The notes under the pieces: generated by a model | What the model saw: the letters and a program-made list of their open reading frames with translations, nothing else | Told to the model about the DNA's origin: nothing | Database searches by the model: none | In this document: piece by piece, positions 1 through 9,494 of the stretch | Layout: every line of letters begins with the position of its first letter | Position numbering within the stretch: position 1 is the stretch's first letter | Program-made: the position numbers and the translations under genes | DNA from: Ginkgo biloba | Lineage: Eukaryota > Plantae > Ginkgophyta | DNA length: 15,633 nucleotides | Direction of reading: 5' to 3' | Assembly: GCA_024626585.2 (NCBI GenBank) | Contig: JANKJI020000002.1 | Coordinates: 6,717,500-6,733,132 of the forward strand

Positions 1-606
1 ATAGGGTGTGGCAAGCAAGAGTAAGGGGAGATAGTGTATGGCAAATTGAATGCATATGCACCACATTTCGTAGAAGTACAGTTTGGAGAAAGGTGATGGA
101 GGCGATGTCGACACATTCTTTCTCTAGCAAAGTGGAGATTCGATTCAAAGGTCCGAAAACCATGGAAGCCAAATTGGTACAGAGGAAACCCACAAACGAT
201 CATTATCGAGAGCTCCTTGGACCCATCTCTTATTGTCGAAGTGATCAACATTNNNNNNNNNNNNNNNNNNNATGTTTTGAAGGGAGTCCCTTAGGAGTTG
301 TGTGAATCATCGATCAAACTTTTACTAAATGCTAAACTGGTTAAGTGACGACCATATGCATGAACCCAAAATATGCAGCATACCTAGAGCAAGAGATGAT
401 GAAGATGCTTGACATGGGAATAATTTTCAAAGTAAGCACCAGTGACTGGGTTTCAACTATTGTGATTTTCTCGAAGAACAATCACTTCCGTATTTGTGTG
501 GATTTTTGAATGAATGCTATCACAAAGAAAGACCCCTTCCAAATACCGTTTACGGATAGTATTCTGGAAGAACTTGCAGGACATGAGATCTACTCTTTCT
601 TAGATG
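1..606 (+). pseudogene. pol: Element E: decayed Ty3/gypsy (non-chromovirus, Athila/Tat-like) pol fragment, protease-RT linker and RT N-terminus
   Basis: Manual translation across frameshifts gives LKGVP*ELC.HRIKLLLNAKLVK*RPY / MNPKYAAYLEQEMMKMLDMGIIFKVSTSDWVSTIVIFSKNNHFRICVDF*MNAITKKDPFQIPFTDSILEELAGHEIYSFLD (from ATG 360, in frame with ORF 510). This matches the gypsy RT motifs SPWVSP, RICVDFR, DPFPxPF and YSFLDG. The RT stops abruptly at 606. Confidence 0.9.
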
Positions 607-1085
607 ATTCTATATCCGACACTCACCAATCTGATTCCGTACTCAGTGATTTAAAGCAGGCTCGGTCTTCAGTAAGAAAGTATGTTGAAACTGGGAGCCC
701 CGAGTCAGAAGACCAACTGGATTACACAGACAGAATTCTTTGCAACCCAGAACGTGAACCTGTCCTATTACTGAATTAAGGGTGTCTGTGCTACAAAGTT
801 TTTCGCTGAACGAACATCCCTAACTCCCTTTTGACGTGAAGATCCAATTTCCAAAGTTACTGCAAGCAGTGATGATCCGGATCTCTAACTATATATTTAT
901 AATGCTTAGATTGGCATTCAGGGGTACCTTAGGGCCGATGTATGAAGGAGTATCCCAAGCCAACCTATGGAAAGGTACTTCAGGCCAACACATTAAAGAC
1001 TGTCCCAGGAAGATGCAAGACTGATACCTATGAGCCGATGTGGAAATTCTGTCTCCTGGCCAATGCGGTGTTGCTAATGGCCCTG
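604..1085 (-). repeat. Partial LTR copy (candidate 3' LTR of element A), truncated on the left and running into the N-gap on the right
   Basis: Direct repeat of 3402-3850. For example, 664-780 vs 3430-3546 has 11 mismatches in 117 nt (counted by hand). It has an extra 32 nt at 632-663 and lacks the 220 nt equivalent to 3182-3401. Confidence 0.85.
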
Positions 1086-1751
1086 NNNNNNNNNNNNNNN
1101 NNNNNNNNNNNNNNNNNNNNNNNNNNNNNNNNNNNNNNNNNNNNNNNNNNNNNNNNNNNNNNNNNNNNNNNNNNNNNNNNNNNNNNNNNNNNNNNNNNNN
1201 NNNNNNNNNNNNNNNNNNNNNNNNNNNNNNNNNNNNNNNNNNNNNNNNNNNNNNNNNNNNNNNNNNNNNNNNNNNNNNNNNNNNNNNNNNNNNNNNNNNN
1301 NNNNNNNNNNNNNNNNNNNNNNNNNNNNNNNNNNNNNNNNNNNNNNNNNNNNNNNNNNNNNNNNNNNNNNNNNNNNNNNNNNNNNNNNNNNNNNNNNNNN
1401 NNNNNNNNNNNNNNNNNNNNNNNNNNNNNNNNNNNNNNNNNNNNNNNNNNNNNNNNNNNNNNNNNNNNNNNNNNNNNNNNNNNNNNNNNNNNNNNNNNNN
1501 NNNNNNNNNNNNNNNNNNNNNNNNNNNNNNNNNNNNNNNNNNNNNNNNNNNNNNNNNNNNNNNNNNNNNNNNNNNNNNNNNNNNNNNNNNNNNNNNNNNN
1601 NNNNNNNNNNNNNNNNNNNNNNNNNNNNNNNNNNNNNNNNNNNNNNNNNNNNNNNNNNNNNNNNNNNNNNNNNNNNNNNNNNNNNNNNNNNNNNNNNNNN
1701 NNNNNNNNNNNNNNNNNNNNNNNNNNNNNNNNNNNNNNNNNNNNNNNNNNN
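1086..1751. other. Assembly gap (666 N). Other gaps: 253-271, 4630-4729, 6363-6462, 8591-8613, 9395-9494, 9919-9932, 12751-13160
   Basis: N runs are visible in the sequence. Three are exactly 100 N, which often marks gaps of unknown size. Confidence 0.97.
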
Positions 1752-3145
1752 TGAATGTCTACTAACCCCCGTTGGTGGAGTGTGGGACCCATTAAGCCCA
1801 TAATTTACCAACAAGGATGCCTATCATGGATGATAGCGATAAGCACAAAGTCTCCTCATCCTGTGCTCTAATTTCCCCTTTTGTCATCTTGCATTTCTTC
1901 TCGGCTTGTTTTCTCATCATTATCCCCACTATCTTCTTCGACAAGCATGAGGGTCAACATTTACCTCTTTGAAGTGCACCTATGGCCTAGCTACCACCTT
2001 TTTTTACATTGGAAACATAGACCCTTCTGCCTCAACTCCTCAATTTGATCAAGGTCCAGTGTCCTGATTCTTCCCTAACCTATTTTGGGCACTAGAGCAA
2101 TGTTGCCTACCCTATTAGAACCCCCAACACTCGCTTCTCTTTAGGCCTTGGGAGTTGCTGGATTCCGATCCCTCAATCATGTCAATGTTGCTTCTTCATA
2201 CGCCACTGCGTTATTAATAACTTCTTCCAATGTTAAGGGACCTTGGGCTTTGACATTGCCTTTGAGAGATCCCCTCAGCCTGTCATTGAACATGGAAACC
2301 AATTCTGGTCAGCTGATCCCCCTCACTAGCACAACTAGTCTCATAAAATCAGCAACATAATCTTTCACTAAATGGGTTTGCATGAGGTTTTTAGGTCAAC
2401 AAAATAGTCTTCAATTTTCTTAGTGTCAAAAACCTCTAAAAATTCTATAGCAAACTCATCCCAACTTTGGAAATCCAACTGTTCATGATCTTGTACATCA
2501 AAATCCAACTAGTGCCACCACTTGTACGCTATATCTTCTAGTGTAGTACCACGGTTTGGATTTTTTTTTTCATCATCTCCTAAGGTTCAAACAGAAATAT
2601 TCGTTTAATTTGTGAATCCAGGTAGTCACTTGAATTCCATCTCTACTCCTAATGAACTTCGAAATTTCAAGCTTAGGTTTTTAGTAAGGGTTGCCTTTGG
2701 CTCTGTTATTTAGGGTTCTTTGCCACCTTAATTTGCAAAACTTTTTGAAAGATAAAGCATCCCTAAATTCCTCATTCAGATGATTGTACTCTTGCCACAT
2801 GCGATCCAAATTCCTCAAATTTAAAGGATTCCCATCATGGTTCCTTTGCCTCTCAATGTCTCGGGGCCCCATAGCTTCCCTTCATCGTTTCCAACGGGGA
2901 ATTTCCAGACCCTCCTCATCGGGATTCTCCTCTCTTCTCACAACCCGATCAGCATTTCCATCTTGCTGTACCTCTTCTTATTGCCAACGGACATTTAGCT
3001 TCCATATCACTATCGCTACTTCCATTAATGCTCTGGCTACCTCCTCCAGAGACTGATGTACAGGCTGCAAATTCTCTTCCAAAACATCGTTAAATGAAGG
3101 TTCCTGCTAAGAATTCCCCTTATTAGTTTTGCTACCCCCCAACAT
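1752..3145 (-). pseudogene. gag: Decayed gag (retrotransposon capsid domain plus zinc knuckle) and start of aspartic protease of element A
   Basis: ATG at 3145 is in frame with ORF 2681-2872. The translation continues KPKLEISKF..TWIHKLNEYF..AYKWW..SWDEFAIEFL..LMQTHLVKDYVADFMRL..ELVSMFNDRLRGSLKGNVKAQGPLTLEEVI, then ELRQKGLCFQCKKRW*LGHRC (knuckle 1976-2017), an acidic linker, and ..GLVDI at the gap edge (protease catalytic Asp position). Several stops and frameshifts are present. Confidence 0.88.
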
Positions 3146-3160
3146 TTCCTAATAGTGGCA

Positions 3161-3180
3161 GAATCTTGGCTTTGATACCA
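3161..3180 (-). promoter_or_regulatory. Primer-binding site complementary to tRNA-iMet 3' end
   Basis: The minus strand reads TGGTATCAAAGCCAAGATTC, 1 nt after the LTR end (..TAACA-G-TGGTATC). The canonical plant PBS-Met is TGGTATCAGAGCC. Confidence 0.9.
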
Positions 3181-3181
3181 C

Positions 3182-4281
3182 TGTTAGAGACCAATCTCAT
3201 CTTGCCCATTAGTTGGCAGAGATTAAATTGGTTCTATGCACTTAATTTAAGTCCTACTATACTTTCCAGTAAATCACAACAATTTTCACCATCCATTAAT
3301 ATCTATCCATTTCAAAAGAACTAGTCATCTCATAACATGAACTTACAATCTTTATAGCGTGAACGGTTGACACTGGGTTCTTCAGTTGCATTGATAACTC
3401 AATGATTCTACATCCAGCACTCACCGATCGGTCTTCAGTAAGAAAATATGTTGAAACTGGGAGGCCCAATTCAGAAGATCAACTGTATTACACAGACAGA
3501 ATTCCTTGCATCCCGGAATGTGAACCTGTCCTATTACCGAATTAAGGGTGGCCGTGCTTCAAAGTTTCTGCTGACCGAACATCCTTGCCTCCCTTTTGAC
3601 ATGAAGAACCGATTTTCAAAGTTACCACCAGCAATGGTGATCCAGATCTCTAACTATATATTTATAATGCTTGGATTGGCATCCGGGGGTACATTATGGC
3701 TGACGTATGAAGGAGTATCCCAAGCTGACCTAAGGAAAGTCACTTCAGGAAGACACATTAAATACTGTCCTAGACCAACACAAGACTGATACCTATGAGC
3801 CGATGTGGAAATTTCATCTCCTGGCCGACGCAGTGTTGCTAACGGTCCTGCTAACTACCGATTTAGAATGAAATGGTGTAGGCTACTAAATTGATAGTCC
3901 AAAACTCAACCAATGTGGTCCTTAGAGGGGACAAAGCTCATGGATTCATATGTGAATCAAACCTGAATGCCAGACTCTCTGCTGTTGGAATGTTCTCACA
4001 CCTTTGTTTTCCTTCGTTCTCCCTTTTTCCTAAGCTCTGGGGGTGCTAGCTTATAAAAGTCTTCCTTTCCCTAGATTTTCTACTTTTCCACCCTGTCCTG
4101 AAATGCATAGCAAGACAGAATAGTGCCTTTCTATTCCTCTCCCAAAAATGCAAAAAGCATTCCTTCCAACTGTTTCTAAGGTGAAACTGCTGTCTCATTC
4201 CTCCTTACTAAATTTTGAATTTCAAATTCCTATCTATCCCTACTATATTGATTGGCTTTTAGGCCTTGGAGGTTCATAACA
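3182..4281 (-). repeat. Complete ~1100-bp 5' LTR of element A
   Basis: Begins TGTTAGAG at 3182 next to the PBS and ends ..CATAACA at 4281, giving 5-bp terminal inverted repeats TGTTA/TAACA. The internal part is duplicated at 604-1085. The 4281 boundary rests on the TIR only. Confidence 0.78.
4049..4060 (-). promoter_or_regulatory. Possible TATA box of the LTR promoter
   Basis: The minus strand reads ACTTTTATAAGC about 225 nt from the LTR 5' end, followed by a purine-rich stretch. Support is motif and position only. Confidence 0.3.
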
Positions 4282-6362
4282 ACACTTCCCAGAAGTAAAT
4301 TGGGATTGTAGTTAAAATCAACCTTGCAAAACTCATTGGCCAAAAACCTCTCAGCAAGAATGTATGGTCCAATCTGTTGTTTCTTTCATAAAGTGCGTCC
4401 AACTTCTCTCCATTAAATTTCATTAAGGGAGTAGTGGTCAAAAGAGACCTCATTTGCAACCCTAAACGTCTTTCCTTATATAATAGGGTATGAATCCTAG
4501 TTGGAGTCCTACATCTCAACATTTGTACTGCTAGTGTGACTACGTGTGGAAGTAGAACCTTGATTCCTTCAACTTGTTTATTAAAAGAGGTGCAAATCTT
4601 TGGCAAGTCTCCAATCCCTACATTCATGTNNNNNNNNNNNNNNNNNNNNNNNNNNNNNNNNNNNNNNNNNNNNNNNNNNNNNNNNNNNNNNNNNNNNNNN
4701 NNNNNNNNNNNNNNNNNNNNNNNNNNNNNCATTTTTCTGCACAAGTTGCAAGTCAACGTGTAAAGGGAGTTGTTGCATAAGGTGTTGTTGATTGACTGTC
4801 TTTTGAGAGATATTGTGACAATATCTATTAGCAAAAGGTTCCTACCAAGTTCCTCAATAGTTATCAACTTGATTTTTCCATTGGAAAACACCTCCTTGAC
4901 TTCATAAGGGCCCATCTAGTGGACTTAAAATTTCCCAAGAAAATCACTGAATCTGAAATCATATAATAGGGTCGAATCCCTTGGTTGGAAATTTCCTCTT
5001 CAAATACTAATCATGACATCTTTTCCGTTCTTGTTGAATTAGTTGAATCTGACTCCGGACCTCTTCACAAAATTCCGCCAATGCATGGAATTGTAGAATT
5101 CTGGTTTATTGGGCTTTAGCAAAATTAATTCCTACCTAACTAATAGTTTTCAAAGCTTCAAGTTTGAATTCAATAGGCAGAATTGCATGCTTGTTATAGA
5201 CCAATTCAAAAGGTTTGATTCTAGTGGTTCTCTTCCAAGTGACTCAATAGGCCCATACTACTTTAAATAGTTGTTCACCCCAATCCTTCTAATATATTTG
5301 ACATTTTTTTCTAATGATTGCTTATGATTCTCTGTTGGTGACTTTAGCTTGAACATATGCTTGCAAGTAATAAGGTGTTGATTTCTGACGCTGCATTTGA
5401 CATTCCTCTGTTAATGCTTCAATCCCCTTATTGACAAAAGGACCACTCCTATCACTAAATAGTTCTCAAGGTGTGCCAAACCTAGCAAACATTTCTTTGT
5501 ACAAAAATATTGCCACATTTTTGGCACTGTCTTCTCTCATAGACTAAATCTCTACCCATTTTGTCATATACTCAATACAAAACAAGAATGTGGTTGTGAT
5601 TTTTTAGGGATACTAGTGTGATTGGTTTGACAAAACACAAACCCTAATTTTGAAATGGGTTGAGAGCAACTACTAGATGTAGAGGCATTGCCCTTGATTT
5701 CACAGGCATGCCCATCCCTTAGCATAAGTCACATGTACAAGTATATTCTTTAGCATCTTTAAATAGAGTAGGCCACCAACATCCATTCCATAGAATCTTT
5801 GTGTTGTACGATGTGCTGCAAAATGCCCATCACTAGGTTCATCATGGATTGCCTTCATAACATTATAAGTTTCATCTTATCTGAGGCACTAACAAAGGAT
5901 GTTGTTAGGTCTTTGCTTGTAAAGATGTCCTTCAATATAAGTGTGGGAAGCACTCTTGCGAACGAACTTCTTACATTCATTCTTTGATAGATGCTAAGGA
6001 ATAATCCCTACTACCACAAAATTAGCCATGATTGCATACCAAGGGATGGTAACACTTACTACAAATAGGTGTTCGTTTGGGAATACCTCTTCAATATGTC
6101 CATCCTTTGGCAAGTTAGGAATTCATGAAAGGTGATCAACAACTACATTGGCCTTCCCTAGTTTATCAATTATCTTGAAGTCAAAATTCTGCAACAACAA
6201 AATCCATCAGATAATTGGAATATTGGCAGTGGTTTTGTTCATGAGAAATTTAATGGTTGCATGATTTGTGTGGATTATTGACTAGAATCCTAAAATTAAT
6301 GCTTGAATTTGTTAATGGCAAAAACAACCATCGAAATTTACTTGTCTGTAATAGTATAATTA
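4282..6362 (-). mobile_element. pol: Element B: Athila-like Ty3/gypsy remnant (RNase H C-terminus, integrase, 3' region)
   Basis: RNase H: NYTITDK*..VVFAINKFKH..HTNHATIKFLMNK..WILLLQNFDFKIIDKLGKANVVVDHLS*. Linker FPNEHLF..PWYA. HHCC finger HDEPSDGHF..WWPTLFKDA..CDLC (5722-5846). Integrase core YMTKWVE..RFGTP*ELFSDRSGPF..STPYY.QA. GPY module MGPYEVKEVFSNG (4915 downward). No second RNase H lies between RH and INT. Many stops. Confidence 0.92.
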
Positions 6363-6462
6363 NNNNNNNNNNNNNNNNNNNNNNNNNNNNNNNNNNNNNN
6401 NNNNNNNNNNNNNNNNNNNNNNNNNNNNNNNNNNNNNNNNNNNNNNNNNNNNNNNNNNNNNN

Positions 6463-9394
6463 GCTCCCGGATAGATAAAGCCTTAGGAGATGGTTTGCAA
6501 TGTGTAAGCCAGCTCCTCATTATGAATAAAATGTTTGCTATGAATATTATGACTTAGTTATTGAATTTGTATTGTGCAGATTCTGTTTATGCATTTAATG
6601 TTTATTATTCCTGTGGTTTTTATGCAAATTTATTAGTATCAAAGCAATTATATTTTTAACAGTAGGACTTATGGGTAGATACTTGCTTGAAGTTCTAATA
6701 AAGGTAGGTCTTATAAGCAACTTAGGTTGCCTGCAAGTGCTATGAAGGTAAGTTTTATGAGCAAAATACTACTTGTAGGTCTAATGAAGAGAGGGTTAAC
6801 AATAAAGGTCATCTACGAGTGTTGTGAACATAGAGTTTATGAGCAAATAGTTGCATACAAATCTAAGTCGAATTTATAGGCAGAAAGTTGTTTGTGAGTT
6901 TGATGAAGGTAGGCATGGAGAACAAAAATGGGACTTAAAGAAAGCAATTGCAAATAGTCTATAGACTTTATTTTTTCCTTTTTCTTTTGATTTTTTTTTT
7001 GTATAAAACAAACCCACAAAAAAAATTCTGACAAATAGGATAGTTCTTATGAGGCCTTTTCCAATGCAATCTATAAGTCATCTTGTGAAGAGAGTTATTG
7101 AATGACTTCCAATAGATCTTAACATAATGTCCATTAGCAAATAGTTCCTATTGAAGTCTATTAGAAGTGGTGAGATTGATTGCTATAGTGGAGAATGCTT
7201 ATTTGACTTCATAAGGTCCCGCCCAACAAACCTGAAACTTTACGTAGAAATCAGCATATTTGGAATCATACAAGGCTCAATACCTTCATTGGAAGTTTTT
7301 TTTCTTATGTACTAATCATATCATCATTTTTGTTGGTGTTTTATCACCTACATTAGAATCTAATCCTCTTCTTGAAATTCCTCTAATTCATGAAGTTGGA
7401 GAATTTGAGTTGATTGAGCCTTAGTAAGATTAATCCCTGCCTAACTAGTATTTTTCAAAGTTTTAAGTTCAAATTCAATAGGAAAAACTACATGCTTAAC
7501 ATAAACCTATTCAAAAGGGTTGAAACCAATAGTGTTCTTCCAAGTAACTCTATAATCTTGGATTGCCTCAAGTAGTCACTCTCTCGAACCCTTCTAATGG
7601 ATTTGAATTGTCTTCCAATGATTTCTTTCAACTCTCAGTTGGTGACTTCAGCCTAATCATTACCTTAGTTGTAATATGGTTTTGATATTTTATGTTGAAT
7701 TTGATATTCCTCTGTTAATGCATCAATCACCTTATTGATAAAAGGAGTGCAAAAATCTATAAAGTTTTCTTTATATAGTAAGATGACCACATTCTTTACA
7801 TTATCCTCTCTCATGGACTTGTCTAATGCCCAATTTATAATGTAACCACTATAGACCAAGATACATGTATATGATTTTTTTGGAATACTGGAGTGATTGA
7901 TCTAAGAAAATCAAATCCCCATTTTTCAAATGGTTCTAGGGCAATCACTAGAGGCATATGCATTGTCCTTGATTTCATAGGCCTTCAAATCTATTGGCAC
8001 AAGTCATGGATACAAGAAAACTCTAAACGGTCTTTAAACATAATTAAGCCATGGATATCTAATCTATAGAATTTTCCATACCAAATTTTGTGCTGCAAAA
8101 TGACTACTGCAAGGTTCATCATCGATTGCCTTTAGAACATCATAAATCTCTTCTTCAGAAGAACCTACAAAAAACATTGTTAAGTCCTTATTTATAAAGA
8201 TGGCCTTCAATCCAAGTATAGGCAACATTCTTTCATACAAACTACTTCATTTCATTCTCCAACAAATGCTAAGGAATGAACCCTATTGGTGTAAAATTTA
8301 GTGATGTGTACATACCAACGAGTGGTCATGCTAATTGTAAATAGATGTTCAATTGGGAATGTATCCTCTATTAGTCCATCATATAGTAAATTAAGAACTT
8401 TCAAGAGATAATTTGCAACAATATTAGCTTTTCCTAGCTTACCAACTAATCTCCAAATTGCATTCTTATAGCAACAAAAGCCATCAAACAATCTGAGGCT
8501 TAGTTGTGGTTTTATTCACTAAAAATCTAATTGTTGTATGATCTTTATTAAATATGGCCAAGAAATTAAAAAATGTAATATATAATTTGTNNNNNNNNNN
8601 NNNNNNNNNNNNNTATAATAGTATGGTTATGGTCAGTTGATATCAATGCTTCATTAGCATAGTAAATGGCATATTTGATTGGGTCACTTTCCTATCCAAG
8701 AATAGATCTAACAACAAAATTAGATGCATTGGTATTAATATGGAATGGCAGATTTGAATTAGGTCATTGGGGAGTTGATGCAAAAATCAATTTCTCCTTT
8801 AAGACTTAGAAAGCTTCTTCTCACTCTAGTGTCCAATCAAACTAGATGTCCTTAATCGATAATTAGCTTAGAGGAGCAACAATCTTATTGAAATCCTTGA
8901 TAAACTAACAATAATATCTCTCACGTCTAAGGAAACAACTAACATTCTTTACTTGGTTGGTCGTGGCAAGTTTTTTATGATGGCGATCTTGGTCAGATCT
9001 ATTGCAATTCCATCTTCAAAAAGCATATGTCCAAGAAAAATGCAACATCTCCAATTCGTCATGTGAGTAACGTCTTACACTTTTCGCTACTTAGGCAGAG
9101 CTGTGTTTGTTCACATTTTTGTAGTGTAAATTACAATCGTTCTTGTGCTTCTTCAAATGTGTCACCATACACAAAAAAATCATCTGTGTATCTCAATGAA
9201 ATCATTAACATACTCCCAAGAAATACTAATGACAACTTGTTGAAATGCTATTGGAGCATTGCACAAGTGAAAGGGAAAAACATGATATGTGAATGTGCCC
9301 CAAGGACAAGTGAGTGCAGTCTTATCCTGATGTTCTAGTGCAATTTGAATTTGGTTGTAACTAGAAAATCCATCAAGAAAAGAAAATACTTCTT
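6463..9394 (-). mobile_element. pol: Element C: second, diverged copy of the same Athila-like family (RT, RNase H, integrase ~7030-9394, plus 3' non-coding region)
   Basis: RT: FSFLDGFSSYNQIQIALEHQDKTALTCPWGTF..LCNAPIAFQ..YTDD (9179-9190)..LSSEKC. RNase H: PFHINTNASNF..GKANIVANYL. Integrase: EPFEKWGFDF..KPYY..AEVTN..GPYEVK..FANGH. Nucleotide sequence is collinear with element B. Confidence 0.92.
6662..6914. repeat. Degenerate tandem array, ~6 units of 38-44 bp
   Basis: Units start at about 6662, 6704, 6748, 6790, 6830, 6871 and 6909. Rough consensus GTAGGTYTTATGAGCAAA.AGTTGCYTG.AAGTCT.ATGAAG. Units 1-3, 5 and 6 are clearest. Confidence 0.65.
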
Positions 9395-9494
9395 NNNNNN
9401 NNNNNNNNNNNNNNNNNNNNNNNNNNNNNNNNNNNNNNNNNNNNNNNNNNNNNNNNNNNNNNNNNNNNNNNNNNNNNNNNNNNNNNNNNNNNNN

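Larger units (their letters stand above)
604..4281 (-). mobile_element. Element A: chromovirus-type Ty3/gypsy LTR retrotransposon remnant (5'LTR-PBS-gag-PR start-[gap]-partial LTR)
   Basis: LTR, PBS-Met, gag with Cx2Cx7HxC knuckle and protease start are all collinear on the - strand, with a second LTR copy beyond the 666-N gap. Pairing of the two LTR copies is inferred. Confidence 0.75.

Noticed and set aside
510-779. 89-aa ORF as a novel RT-fusion protein
   Set aside because: It is a chance in-frame join of 32 RT codons to antisense LTR sequence at a deletion junction, preceded by an in-frame stop and lacking the RT core.
942-1814. Long ORFs of 241-270 aa on both strands
   Set aside because: They are almost entirely N-gap artefacts. 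The same applies to ORFs spanning 4630-4729, 6363-6462, 9395-9494 and 12751-13160.
2148-3056. Plus-strand ORFs 2148-2360 and 2784-3056
   Set aside because: They are antisense shadows of the minus-strand gag. ORFs 5799-5987 and 9027-9338 are likewise antisense to pol, and 14572-14763 to the LINE.
3161-3180. tRNA-Met gene
   Set aside because: Only ~20 nt of similarity to the tRNA 3' end including CCA, adjacent to an LTR. This is a PBS, and no cloverleaf is present.
4282-4286. Target-site duplication for element A (ACACT)
   Set aside because: The opposite LTR end is deleted, so no matching copy can be tested.
4808-4826. Perfect palindrome AGATATTGT-G-ACAATATCT
   Set aside because: It lies in the decayed integrase tail (NGH.LK.Y region) and is absent from sister copy C. 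A 9-bp AT-rich inverted repeat is plausible by chance.
6662-6914. CRISPR-like repeat-spacer array
   Set aside because: Units are degenerate along their whole length, with no identical repeats or unique spacers, no cas genes, and a eukaryotic TE context.
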